Source: Candidatus Limnocylindrales bacterium
Lineage (GTDB): Bacteria > Chloroflexota > Limnocylindria > Limnocylindrales > CSP1-4
Length of the DNA: 64,000 nt
NCBI GenBank assembly: GCA_038248915.1
Contig: JBBRXB010000015.1
Span: forward strand, 3,230-67,229
Reading direction: 5' to 3'
Below the pieces are notes generated by a model that made no database searches, had not been told where the DNA came from, and worked only from the letters and a program-made list of their open reading frames with translations. A program made the position numbers and the translations under genes. Positions within the stretch are counted from its first letter, which is position 1, and each line of letters opens with the position of its first letter. Of this stretch, positions 27,701 to 36,723 are shown in pieces.

Positions 27701-28081
27701 ATGACGGCCAAACCAGCGCCGATCCCACCCGATCTTCTCGACCGGTACGACCACTTGATCGCAGTCCAGCCCGGGGTCGAGCGCAAGGGCGCGACGCTGC
27801 CCTACACCTCGGTCAACGGGCACATGTTCAGCTACCTCGACGGTGGCCATCTCGTCCTTCGGCTGCCCGTCGGGGAGCGGGAGGCGTTCATCGAGCAACA
27901 TCGGACCACGCTCCACGAAACGCGCGGGATCATGCGGCGGGAGTACGTCGATGTGCCGGACGAGCTGTTCGCCGATGCCGACCGCCTCGGCCCGTCGTTC
28001 CGCATGAGCTATGCGTATGTGGCCGCTTTCAAGCCAAAGCCGACAACTCGTCGACCAGCCAGGACCACGCCCGGTCGATAG
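27701..28081 (+). CDS. Hypothetical protein (126 aa)
   Basis: ATG 27701 lies 9 nt after the upstream stop. High GC3. Confidence 0.6.
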   Translation: MTAKPAPIPPDLLDRYDHLIAVQPGVERKGATLPYTSVNGHMFSYLDGGHLVLRLPVGEREAFIEQHRTTLHETRGIMRREYVDVPDELFADADRLGPSFRMSYAYVAAFKPKPTTRRPARTTPGR

Positions 28082-28351
28082 CGTGGCTCGATCAGGGCGC
28101 GGCCACGACCGCGACGCGTCCCGGCTGGTGTAGCCCCGGTCTTCGCCACCTACGAATGTGACTCGTCGTAAGCAGGAACGGAGGGCCGCGATGGCCCAGT
28201 TTCGCGATCCAGTGTGCCGACGTGAGCGTGGAACCGTGGCGTCGAGCCTGTTATCCGGGACGAAGCCGGGTTCGCGTTCGCACAAGACGACGGGGATTCG
28301 TATCTGGCAAGATCGGCGCCGGCCGGGGCGCGGATGGGCGCCTCGCTCAGA

Positions 28352-28444
28352 CGGGCCGCGGATTGGCCGGCGCCGGCGCGCGGCCGTGGATGGGCCGGCA
28401 CGGGCCGCGGACTGGCCGGCGCCGGCGCGGGCCGCGGGCCGGCA
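28352..28444. repeat. GC-rich imperfect tandem repeat, about 49-bp period, about 2 copies
   Basis: CGGGCCGCGGATTGGCCGGCGCCGGCGCG (28352-28380) recurs at 28401-28429 with one mismatch. The flanks are related. Confidence 0.6.
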
Positions 28445-28509
28445 CGGACGCCGCGGATGCCGCGGACGCGCGATCGACGCGTCTCGAGCGCAAGTCGGAT
28501 GGAGCCATC

Positions 28510-29124
28510 GTGACCGTCGAACTGGTCACTGCGACCTTGCTGATCGTCGTGCCGACCGCCTTCAACCTCGCCTTCCCCGAGCTCAGCCGAGCATTCGACG
28601 ATCCGGCCATCCTGCGCAAGGAAGCCGACGAGATCCTGTGGCGGTTCGCAGCGGCGCGGTGCATGCGACCATGCGACGATTGGCGGATGCCGCTCACCGG
28701 GGAGTACGCACCGAGCACGGCCGCCGGGGCGCGCAGGCAGGCCGAGCGCTACGAGGCGAGCGATGGCGCCGAAGCGGCCGACCTTCGAGGCCGGCCGATC
28801 ATCGTCCTGACCTCGGTCGGGGCGCGGACGGGCAAGCTGCGCAAGACCGCATTGATGCGAGTCGAGCACGACGGGGCCTACGCCGTGGTGGCCTCGCTCG
28901 GCGGTGCCCCGCGACATCCGGTCTGGTATCACAACCTGACCGCCGACCCGCACGTCGAGCTGCAGGATGGGCCGGCAAAGCGCGACTACCTCGCCCGGGA
29001 GGTCGGTGGCGACGAGAGGGCCACCTGGTGGGCGCGGGCCGTCACGACCTGGCCCGCCTACGCGACCTATCAGACGAAGACGTCGCGGGAGATCCCGGTC
29101 TTCGTCCTGGAACCGGTCGACTGA
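28510..29124 (+). CDS. Nitroreductase-family deazaflavin (F420H2)-dependent oxidoreductase (DDN family), possibly with an acquired N-terminal TM helix
   Basis: DDN core from MPLTGEY (ATG 28687): ...[15 protein letters not shown]......[19 protein letters not shown]. In-frame GTG 28510 with GGATGGAG 5 nt upstream adds [22 protein letters not shown].... Confidence 0.8.
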   Translation: MTVELVTATLLIVVPTAFNLAFPELSRAFDDPAILRKEADEILWRFAAARCMRPCDDWRMPLTGEYAPSTAAGARRQAERYEASDGAEAADLRGRPIIVLTSVGARTGKLRKTALMRVEHDGAYAVVASLGGAPRHPVWYHNLTADPHVELQDGPAKRDYLAREVGGDERATWWARAVTTWPAYATYQTKTSREIPVFVLEPVD

Positions 29125-29135
29125 GCCGCCGGCCG

Positions 29136-30305
29136 ATGAACGTCGCCGAGTACACCGACCGCTATCCGCTCGGCGCGGCATTGACCCTCGAGCGCCTCGA
29201 CGCCGACCCGTACGGTCCTCTGGCAGCCCTGCGGGAACGCGAACCGGTGTCGTGGGTCCCGGCCCTCGATGGCTGGCTGGTGACGCGGCGGGACCTGTGC
29301 ATCGAGGTGATGCGCGACGCCGCGCGCTACACGGTCGACGATCCGCGCTTCTCGACCGCCCAGGTCGTGGGTCCGAGCATGCTGTCGCTCGACGGCCAAA
29401 CCCATCGCCGTCACCGCGATCCGTTCGCCCGCGCGTTCCTGGGTCCAGACGCACGGAGCCGGTTCGCCGAGCAGGTCGACCGCGAGGCGCGCCAGCTCGT
29501 CGGCGACTTGAGCGGTCGAGGCCGTGCCGAGATGCGCCGGGACCTCGCCGGGCCCCTAGCCGTCAACGTCGTGACGCACGCGCTGGCACTGGCAGGCGTG
29601 GAACCCGCGGTGATGCTGGGCTGGTACGACGAGATCGTCGCCGCGGTCGATCGGGTGTCGGCCGGCGGCGAGATCGGACCTGCGGCACGTCTGGCCGTGG
29701 CGGCATTGAACGACCATGTCGCGGGCACCATCGATCGGGGCACGGGCGTGGTCGCGGCGGCGACGGCGACGCTGGCGCCGGCGGAGATCGCATCGAACGT
29801 GGCGGTCATGCTGTTCGGCGGCATCGAGACCAGCGAAGGGATGACCGCGACGCTGTTCTGGCACCTCCTGACGCATCCCGACCAACTGGCCGCCGTCCGA
29901 GCGGATCGCTCGCTGCTGCCGAACGCGGTCGAGGAATCCCTGCGCCTGGAGCCGGCCGCCGCCCGGGTCGACCGATACGCGACCACCCCGACCGACCTTG
30001 CCGACGCCGCGATCAAGCGGGGCGATCTCGTCATCGTGTCGCTCACGGCGGCCAATCGCGACCCCGAGGTCTTTCCGCACCCCGACGCCTTCGACATCCG
30101 GCGCCCGAACGCGCGGGCACATCTCGCGTTCGCGCAGGGCCCGCATGCCTGCGTCGGGGTCCATCTCGCCCGGCTGGAGGCGCAGTCGGCCGTCGACGCC
30201 GTGCTCGATGGCTGGAGCGGCCTCACACTCGAGCCCGAGTCGACGCCGCCCAGCGGCGTGATCTTCCGGAAGCCGCGGACGCTCCCCGTCCAGTGGGCGA
30301 GGTGA
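29136..30305 (+). CDS. Cytochrome P450
   Basis: Heme loop FAQGPHACVGVHLAR, EESLR (ExxR), and I-helix FGGIETS. Confidence 0.9.
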   Translation: MNVAEYTDRYPLGAALTLERLDADPYGPLAALREREPVSWVPALDGWLVTRRDLCIEVMRDAARYTVDDPRFSTAQVVGPSMLSLDGQTHRRHRDPFARAFLGPDARSRFAEQVDREARQLVGDLSGRGRAEMRRDLAGPLAVNVVTHALALAGVEPAVMLGWYDEIVAAVDRVSAGGEIGPAARLAVAALNDHVAGTIDRGTGVVAAATATLAPAEIASNVAVMLFGGIETSEGMTATLFWHLLTHPDQLAAVRADRSLLPNAVEESLRLEPAAARVDRYATTPTDLADAAIKRGDLVIVSLTAANRDPEVFPHPDAFDIRRPNARAHLAFAQGPHACVGVHLARLEAQSAVDAVLDGWSGLTLEPESTPPSGVIFRKPRTLPVQWAR

Positions 30306-30540
30306 CGCCGGCCTCCTGCAGGCGGAATGTCCTGGCGCCGAGCTCGTACGGCAACACGAGAACGCAGGATCGCGGCCGTCACTCGGGCGCCGCTCGCGAC
30401 GGATCCGCCGTGGCCCCGTTCGGCCCAGACCCCCGGACGCCACACCGTGGGCGCGATCGGCGGCGCCGTCGCGACACGGCCGACCGATCCGGGTCCGGCC
30501 TCGCACGGTGACCGGCCGAGTGGGGGTCCAGAATAGGCCG

Positions 30541-31248
30541 ATGACATCACCTCAGGCCGCGACGACGGGGACCGGACCGGGTCATCCAAACGGCGTCGAG
30601 ACGACCTCGCCGCGGCCACCGACCGGGGGCGACATCGTCTGGATCGCGGTGATCGCCGTGCTCAAGGCGACGATCGTCGCGCTGGCCGTCGATGCCTTCG
30701 TCAACTCGACGTCGCCGCGCTTCAGGGGCAAGGCCATGCGCGCTCGAGCCGTCGGCTACACAGGCGCGCTGCTGGTCGTGCCGCTGGCCTGGCGGATGCG
30801 CGGTCGCGACGCGCCGTACCCTCGCGAGCTCGACCTGGCGGTCGCGTTGCCGCTGCTGGCCGACGCGGCCGGCAACGCGGTCGGGATCTACAACCGGGCC
30901 CATGTCGACGACGCCATCCATTTCGCCAATGGCGCCCTGCTGGCGTCGGTCGTCGGCGCCCTGGCGACCCCGCGGGCACGGACGTCGTGGGAAGCCGCCG
31001 GAGCGGCGACGGCCGTCGGGGTCGCGGCGGCCGCCGGCTGGGAGATCGCGGAATGGACGGCGGCCAAGCTTGGCGCCACGGGGATGGACCTCACGTATGA
31101 CGACACGATGGCCGACCTCATCGAGAGCAGCGCCGGTGCGCTCCTCGGCGGGCTCGTCACGCTCCTGCGCCATCCGGCCCGATTGCGTCGGATCCCCGGT
31201 CGCAGCGGGGACCCGATCGTCGGAAGAGGGCCCCACGGCGGCGCCTGA
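30541..31248 (+). CDS. Integral membrane protein, hypothetical
   Basis: ATG 30541. Several hydrophobic helices. Confidence 0.7.
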   Translation: MTSPQAATTGTGPGHPNGVETTSPRPPTGGDIVWIAVIAVLKATIVALAVDAFVNSTSPRFRGKAMRARAVGYTGALLVVPLAWRMRGRDAPYPRELDLAVALPLLADAAGNAVGIYNRAHVDDAIHFANGALLASVVGALATPRARTSWEAAGAATAVGVAAAAGWEIAEWTAAKLGATGMDLTYDDTMADLIESSAGALLGGLVTLLRHPARLRRIPGRSGDPIVGRGPHGGA

Positions 31249-31267
31249 CGAGCGCCCGGCGCCAGCC

Positions 31268-32014
31268 CTGTGGCGACTGGAGGTCCGGTTCCTCGGTCAC
31301 GCTACGCTGCTCCTCGAGGTCGAGGGCATGCGCGTGCTGACCGATCCCTTCCTGCGATCACGCCTTGGACCGCTCCAGCGCCACGGACCGCTGCCGGATG
31401 CCCGCGACCTGGCCGGGCTCGATGTCGTGGTCATCACGCATGGTCACCAGGATCATTTCGATGCCGCTTCGCTGGCCGAGATCCCGGGGCGACCGCTGTT
31501 CGTCGTCCCACGCGGGCTCGGCGCCGCCACGCGCCAGGCGACCGGTGGTGCCGTCGAGGAGGTCGTCGAGGGCGATCGCGTGACGGTCGGTGGCCTATCG
31601 ATCACAGCCCTCCCCGCCCGCCACTGGATCTCGCCCGGGTCACCGAGAGCGCAGCCGCTCGGCTACCGGATCGCGGCCGGTGTCGCGACCTATTTCGCCG
31701 GGGATACCGGACCGTTCGACGGGCTGCGGGATCTGGCCGGGACCGTCGACGTCGCGTTGCTGCCGGTCTGGACCTGGGGTCCGCACCTGGGCCCCGGCCA
31801 CCTTGGCCCACGGTCGGCAGCGGAGGTCGTCCGTGACATCGGCGCGTCAGCGGCCGTCCCGATCCACTGGGGAACGCTCTATCCACGCCGTCTGCATCGG
31901 GTGTGGCCGGGGCCGCTGGCCGAGCCGGGCGACCGGTTCGCCGCACACGCGGCCAGGATCGCTCCGACGGTCGATGTCCGCGTGCTCCGACCGGGTGACT
32001 CGACGACCTTCTGA
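31268..32014 (+). CDS. MBL-fold metallo-hydrolase (start codon unresolved)
   Basis: VRFLGHATLLLE..., ITHGHQDHFD (HxHxDH). No ATG or GTG within about 40 codons upstream of the conserved N-terminal strand. The coordinate given is a CTG. Confidence 0.75.
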   Translation: MWRLEVRFLGHATLLLEVEGMRVLTDPFLRSRLGPLQRHGPLPDARDLAGLDVVVITHGHQDHFDAASLAEIPGRPLFVVPRGLGAATRQATGGAVEEVVEGDRVTVGGLSITALPARHWISPGSPRAQPLGYRIAAGVATYFAGDTGPFDGLRDLAGTVDVALLPVWTWGPHLGPGHLGPRSAAEVVRDIGASAAVPIHWGTLYPRRLHRVWPGPLAEPGDRFAAHAARIAPTVDVRVLRPGDSTTF

Positions 32015-32296
32015 CACCGCGCCGATACGATCGGCCGCGACCCGTCGACGATCGAGCGCACGATGGCCACACCGGTCGTCGTGGCCGCTTCGGAGACCGA
32101 GGCCCGGTCGTACCTCGACCGGATCCCGCCTGAGCGACGCGCACACGTGTTCGCAGGGACGCCTGATGGCGCTGCGGACGCCCTTCGCCCGTACCTGGAC
32201 GCGGGCTTCACGGGCTTCACGTTCAACAACGCGCTCTACCGGACGCCGGACCAGATCGGCCTCGTCGGTCAGCTCCTCCGCCTGATCGGCGGCTGA
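32015..32296 (+). pseudogene. C-terminal remnant of an LLM-class oxidoreductase gene
   Basis: ...ADTIGRDPSTIERT...VVAASETEA...FAGTPDGAADALRPYLDAGFTGFTF... matches the last about 90 aa of LLM enzymes. It begins immediately after, and in frame with, the MBL stop codon. Confidence 0.55.
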
Positions 32297-32927
32297 TCCG
32301 GCGGATCAGGCGGCCACCGGCGATCAGTGCGACGTCGTCGCACGATTCGGCCTCGTTCACGTACTGGGTCGTGACCAGCAGGGTTCGTCCCGCATCGCGC
32401 AGCCGGTGGAGCTCCTCCCAGACGCGGCCGCGCAGCATCGGGTCGATCCCAGCGGTCGGCTCATCGAGGAACAGCAGCGCAGGGTCATGGACGAGCGCGC
32501 AGGCAAGCTCGAGGCGCCGCTGCATCCCGCCCGACAGCCGTCCGGCCCGACGCCTGCGCACGTCCCACAGGTCGAGGAGCTGGAGGACCTCGCGGATCCG
32601 CCGTCGCCGCGACCAGTACATCATCCCGAACAGCGAACCGACGAAATCGACGTTCTCGCGGACCGTCAGGTCGGGATAGAGCGTGAAGGACTGGGGCATG
32701 TAGCCCAGCCGTTCGCGTGTCTGGCGACGGAAGGCGGTGGGCTGCTCACCCAGGACGCGGATCGTCCCCGATGTCGGCTCCAGGACACCGGTCAGCAACC
32801 GGATCGTCGTGGTCTTGCCGGCCCCGGACGGACCGATCAGCCCGAGGATGGTCCCGGCGGGGATGACCAATGAGATGCCATCGACCGCCAGCTGGTCGTC
32901 GAACCACATCGTGACCTGGTCGACCAT
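32223..32927 (-). CDS. ABC transporter ATP-binding protein (DrrA-like), 3'-truncated or replaced, with no partner permease
   Basis: Walker A GPSGAGKTT, signature LSGGMQRR, Walker B LLFLDEP. After ...VALIAGGRLI the frame runs into a low-complexity tail antisense to the LLM remnant. Confidence 0.8.
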   Translation of the reverse strand: MVDQVTMWFDDQLAVDGISLVIPAGTILGLIGPSGAGKTTTIRLLTGVLEPTSGTIRVLGEQPTAFRRQTRERLGYMPQSFTLYPDLTVRENVDFVGSLFGMMYWSRRRRIREVLQLLDLWDVRRRRAGRLSGGMQRRLELACALVHDPALLFLDEPTAGIDPMLRGRVWEELHRLRDAGRTLLVTTQYVNEAESCDDVALIAGGRLIRRISRRSGGGADRRGRSGPASGRARC

Positions 32928-33205
32928 GACCGGCGCGTCGGCCAGTTCGGCCGGTGGTCGGCCGGCGAGCTTCGTGGCGCCGGTCGTGGGAATGCTGGAC
33001 GCTCGATCGTCTCCTGTCGTGGAACGCACTGGGACTCCCCGCACAAGACCGCGTGTTCGGCGATCGCACGTCGGGCCTGCTCCCGATCCGATTGCGCTGA
33101 CGCGTGCGCCGTGCGAGCCCACCATCGCAGGCTCATCGCAACGGGACGCGCGGAAACGCCGCCGAGGGACCTCGGCGGCGCTCGCAGGTCGAAGGCTTGG
33201 CGCGG

Positions 33206-33693
33206 TCAGCCGATCAAGCCACACACATCGATGGTCCGGCCATGCGCGACGCCGACCGCGACCAGCCCGAAGTCCGCGTCGAGGGCAAAGGCGTGGTTGC
33301 CGATCGTCCCGTAGAAGACCCGTCGAAGATCGGCAGGCCGTGACCGTGGAAGTATTGAATCAGGGATCCATCGGGCGCGTAGACATCGCGGCCCGGACCA
33401 CCGACGTTCAGGTCGGTCGACGCGCCGGTCACATCATTGACGACCCGGATCCGGAGACTCCCGCTGATGATGTCGCGGACGAGGTTCCCGTCTCTGTCCG
33501 TCCAGGTCTTGATCGTCTCGCGATTGACCAGCACATCGACATGGATCGGGAACTCGCAGGCAGTGCCTGCAGCGAAGACCAGGAAGGCCGGCGGGATGAC
33601 CACGGGGTCCCGGCTCGGCTGCCCGGCACTCACCGGGGACGCCACCGCCAGGAGACCCGCGACGGCCAGGAACAGACCGATCGATCGACGCAT
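33206..33693 (-). pseudogene. Secreted hypothetical protein, paralog B of 509..1015, frameshifted near 33317-33322
   Basis: Signal peptide MRRSIGLFLAVAGLLAVASPVSA. Homology continues in another frame (FYGTIGNHAFALDADFGLVAV... versus LDFDMDFALVSV of paralog A) and ends at TGA 33206-33208. Confidence 0.65.
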
Positions 33694-33774
33694 GTCCGAT
33701 CCTCCAGGTATGGCCGCGCCAGTCGCGGAGTGCAACGGCTGAGGCCACGAGGTCCTCGAAGCGTGCCCGGACAC

Positions 33775-33803
33775 GCTTGCCGCGCGCTTGCCGATGGCTT
33801 GCG
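33775..33803. promoter_or_regulatory. Three direct heptamer repeats (GCTTGCC, GCTTGCC, GCTTGCG) spaced exactly 11 bp apart: a SARP-box-like site
   Basis: Read directly, at 33775, 33786 and 33797. Lies in the divergent region between the SARP gene (ATG 33858) and the 33693 gene. Confidence 0.45.
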
Positions 33804-33857
33804 TTCGGAGTGAACGCGCGCCGATACTGCGGCGTCGCTGGCCCGTGTGGAGGGACG

Positions 33858-36587
33858 ATGCGTTATCGCCTGCTTGGCGCGTTGGAGGTCGAAACCGACG
33901 ACGGTCGCCCGGTCAACGTGGCCGCGCCGAAGCGACGCGCCCTCCTCGCCGCCCTGCTGCTCGCCGGGGACCAGCCGAGCTCGGCCGACCGCTTGATCGA
34001 GAGCCTCTGGGGCGTCGACCCGCCGCCGGCGGTGATCGAGTCGCTGCAGGCACACATCTCGCGCTTGCGGGCAGAGCTTGGTCCAGGCCACCTCCTGACC
34101 GTCCCATCCGGTTATCGCATGGAGCTTGGCGACGGCGACTTCGACATCTGGGCCTTCGAGGGGTTGCTCGCCGCCGGACGTGACGCGGTCCGCGCCGCAC
34201 GATGGCCGGACGCCTCGCGCATCCTGACCGAGGCCCTCGACGTGTGGCGCGGGCCAGCGCTCGCCGATTTCACTTTCGAGCTGTTCGCGCAACCCGAGAT
34301 CGCGCGGCTGGAGGAGCTCCGGCTCTCGGCGCTCGAGGACCGCATCGATGCCGATCTGGCGCTCGGACGGCACGCGGCACTGACGGCCGAGCTGGGCGCG
34401 CTTGTCGCGACCCAGCCGTCGCGCGAGCGGCTGTGGGGCCAGCTGATGCTGGCGCTCTATCGGTCAGGGCGCCAGGCGGACGCCCTGGCCGCATATCGCC
34501 GACTGCGAAGCGGGCTGGTCGATGATCTGGGCATCGACCCATCGTCCGATATCACGGATCTGCAGATCCGGATCCTGCGCCAAGATCCGACTCTGGCCGG
34601 CCCGCCGAGTGGCCCGATCCAGGCATCGATCCGGCTGCCGCTTGCCCTGACCTCGCTGGTCGGGCGTCGGGCCCAGCTGGAGCAGGCGACGACGATCCTT
34701 CGCAGCCATCGGCTGCTCACGCTGACCGGACCGGGTGGGGTCGGCAAGACGCGCCTGGGGGTCATGGTCGGCTACGCGCTGCTGGCCGAGCATCCGGACG
34801 GTGTGTTGTTCGTCGACCTCTCGGCCGTGCGCGATCAGGCCATGGTGATGGCCACCATCGGCGCGGTCACCGGCGGTGGCGAACGGCCCGCCGAGGTCAT
34901 CGGCGATCGGCGGATGCTGCTGGTCATCGACAACTTCGAGCAGGTGCTCGAGGCGGCCGGCGAGATCGCCGTGTTGCTCACGCGCTGCCGAAACCTGCGC
35001 ATCCTCGTGACCAGCCGGGCGCCCCTGCGGGTCGGCGGCGAACGTCAGCTCGAGGTTCCCCCGCTGACCGGCTCGGATGGGGCGACGCTGTTCGAGGAGC
35101 GCGCTCGGGCGGCATTGTCGGCCGTCGACTTCGAGACCTCACTGGTCGACGACATCGTGGCCCGGCTCGATGGCCTCCCGCTGGCGATCGAACTGGCGGC
35201 CGCCCGGATCCGACTCCTCAGCCCCGAGGCGCTGCTGGAGCGACTGGGCGCCCGGCTCGCGCTTCTCGGCGGTGGGCCCCGCGACGCCCCGGCGCGCCAT
35301 CGGACCCTTCGCGCGACGATCGAGTGGAGCTACGAGCTGCTGACCCCGTCGTCACGCGCGGCGTTCCGCAAGCTGTCCGTGTTCGGTGGTGGCTTCGACC
35401 TTCCGGCCGCGCTGGCCGTGGCCGAGATCGACATCGACGGCCTCGCCGAGCTGATCGACCAGAGTCTCGTAAACCGGATCGGCGACCGCTACGCGATGCT
35501 CGAGATCGTTCGCGAGTTCGCCGCGGCCGAAGCCGACGCCCACGCCGAAACGGCCGCGGCCCGTGATCGCCACCTGGCGCACATCCTCGAGCGGGCCTTG
35601 GCAACGAGTCGAGGGATGACCGAGGGCGGACCGATGGGTGGCAATCCGTGGATCCGACTACGGGCGACGGAACGCGAGAACTTCCGACTGGCCTTCGACT
35701 GGGCGGTGGCACGCCAGGACGACGACGCGATCGATCGGATGTTCCTCTCGATCGGGATGTACTGGCTGATGGTCGGTGCCGTCGACGAGGGCCTTCGCTG
35801 CGGAGCGATCGCCATCGACGCGGCTCGTCGTCTCGGTGACGGGCGCCGGCTGAAGACCCTGATGGTCGCTAGTGAGTTCCCACGGTTCGGCGGCGACCTC
35901 GAGCGGGCCATCGTGCTCAAGCTCGAGGCGGCCGACCTCGCGCGAGCCGGCGGGGACCTGCCGGAGCTCGCGACCGTGCTGGACGATCTTGGCTGGGCCT
36001 ACGGCCGGCTGGGCGCCTTCGACGAAGCGCGGGCGTGCCTCGCCGAATCGCTGGCCATCCGCGACCGCACGCCCGAGGACGAGCCGTTCGATCGAGGCCA
36101 CACCTTCGGGTCACTCGCCGAGGTCGCCCTGATGCAAGGTCGATTCGCCGAGGCCGAGGCACTCGTGGCGGCGATCGATCGCGTGGAGGAAGGTGCTGAG
36201 CTGTGGCCCGACTGGATCGTCGAGACGAACTGGCTGCGGGCCATGACCCTCCACGCGGCAGGACACGACCGCGAAGCGAAGGTGCGGTTCCTCGAGGTCG
36301 TGCGCGACGCTGCCGATCTCGGGTTCCGGATGATCCTGGTCGATGCGCTCGATGCCCTCGCCGCCATCGATCGCGACGACGACCCCGCCCGCGCCGCACT
36401 CTTGCTGGGCATGGCGGATCGGCTCCGGGCGGAGGCGCGGGCCGGGACCTGGGATGCGGCCGAACGCGCGCGGACCGTGGATCTCGTGACCGCAGCACTC
36501 GGCAGGGACGACTACGAGCGCCGCCGCTCGGCTGGCCACGCGATGAACCTGCCGGCCATCGCCGAGGCGGTTGCCGCGGCCTCGTAG
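33858..36587 (+). CDS. AfsR/SARP-family regulator (OmpR-type wHTH + BTAD + NB-ARC/AAA ATPase + TPR)
   Basis: GGAGGGA lies upstream of ATG 33858. MRYRLLGALEV..., BTAD (ELRLSALEDRIDADLALGRH...), P-loop LTGPGGVGKTRL, and a helical-repeat C-terminus. Confidence 0.9.
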   Translation: MRYRLLGALEVETDDGRPVNVAAPKRRALLAALLLAGDQPSSADRLIESLWGVDPPPAVIESLQAHISRLRAELGPGHLLTVPSGYRMELGDGDFDIWAFEGLLAAGRDAVRAARWPDASRILTEALDVWRGPALADFTFELFAQPEIARLEELRLSALEDRIDADLALGRHAALTAELGALVATQPSRERLWGQLMLALYRSGRQADALAAYRRLRSGLVDDLGIDPSSDITDLQIRILRQDPTLAGPPSGPIQASIRLPLALTSLVGRRAQLEQATTILRSHRLLTLTGPGGVGKTRLGVMVGYALLAEHPDGVLFVDLSAVRDQAMVMATIGAVTGGGERPAEVIGDRRMLLVIDNFEQVLEAAGEIAVLLTRCRNLRILVTSRAPLRVGGERQLEVPPLTGSDGATLFEERARAALSAVDFETSLVDDIVARLDGLPLAIELAAARIRLLSPEALLERLGARLALLGGGPRDAPARHRTLRATIEWSYELLTPSSRAAFRKLSVFGGGFDLPAALAVAEIDIDGLAELIDQSLVNRIGDRYAMLEIVREFAAAEADAHAETAAARDRHLAHILERALATSRGMTEGGPMGGNPWIRLRATERENFRLAFDWAVARQDDDAIDRMFLSIGMYWLMVGAVDEGLRCGAIAIDAARRLGDGRRLKTLMVASEFPRFGGDLERAIVLKLEAADLARAGGDLPELATVLDDLGWAYGRLGAFDEARACLAESLAIRDRTPEDEPFDRGHTFGSLAEVALMQGRFAEAEALVAAIDRVEEGAELWPDWIVETNWLRAMTLHAAGHDREAKVRFLEVVRDAADLGFRMILVDALDALAAIDRDDDPARAALLLGMADRLRAEARAGTWDAAERARTVDLVTAALGRDDYERRRSAGHAMNLPAIAEAVAAAS

Positions 36588-36683
36588 GGTTCAGGGCAGC
36601 GGCCATCCAGTCGGCCAGGGCGACCTCGTGGAGCAGTCGGGCGCTCTCGCTGGGTGCCGCTCGGAATCCGTCCTGACCCGTCC

Positions 36684-36723
36684 CCGGTCAGCCGGTCGGC
36701 CGGTCATCCGGTCAGCCGGTCAG
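36684..36723. repeat. Octanucleotide tandem repeat (CCGGTCAN) x5
   Basis: CCGGTCAG CCGGTCGG CCGGTCAT CCGGTCAG CCGGTCAG. The last copy contains the stop codon of the GT1 gene (36720-36722). Confidence 0.7.

Noticed and set aside
28352-28444. CRISPR array (also considered for 36684-36723 and 42229-42312)
   Set aside because: The repeats are contiguous with no unique spacers. The units are 8-49 bp with only 2-5 copies. No cas genes are in the window.
28158-30305. 715-aa ORF read as a single protein
   Set aside because: Only the last 389 aa (from ATG 29136) are the P450. The N-terminal part is an Arg-rich read-through overlapping the DDN gene in another frame.
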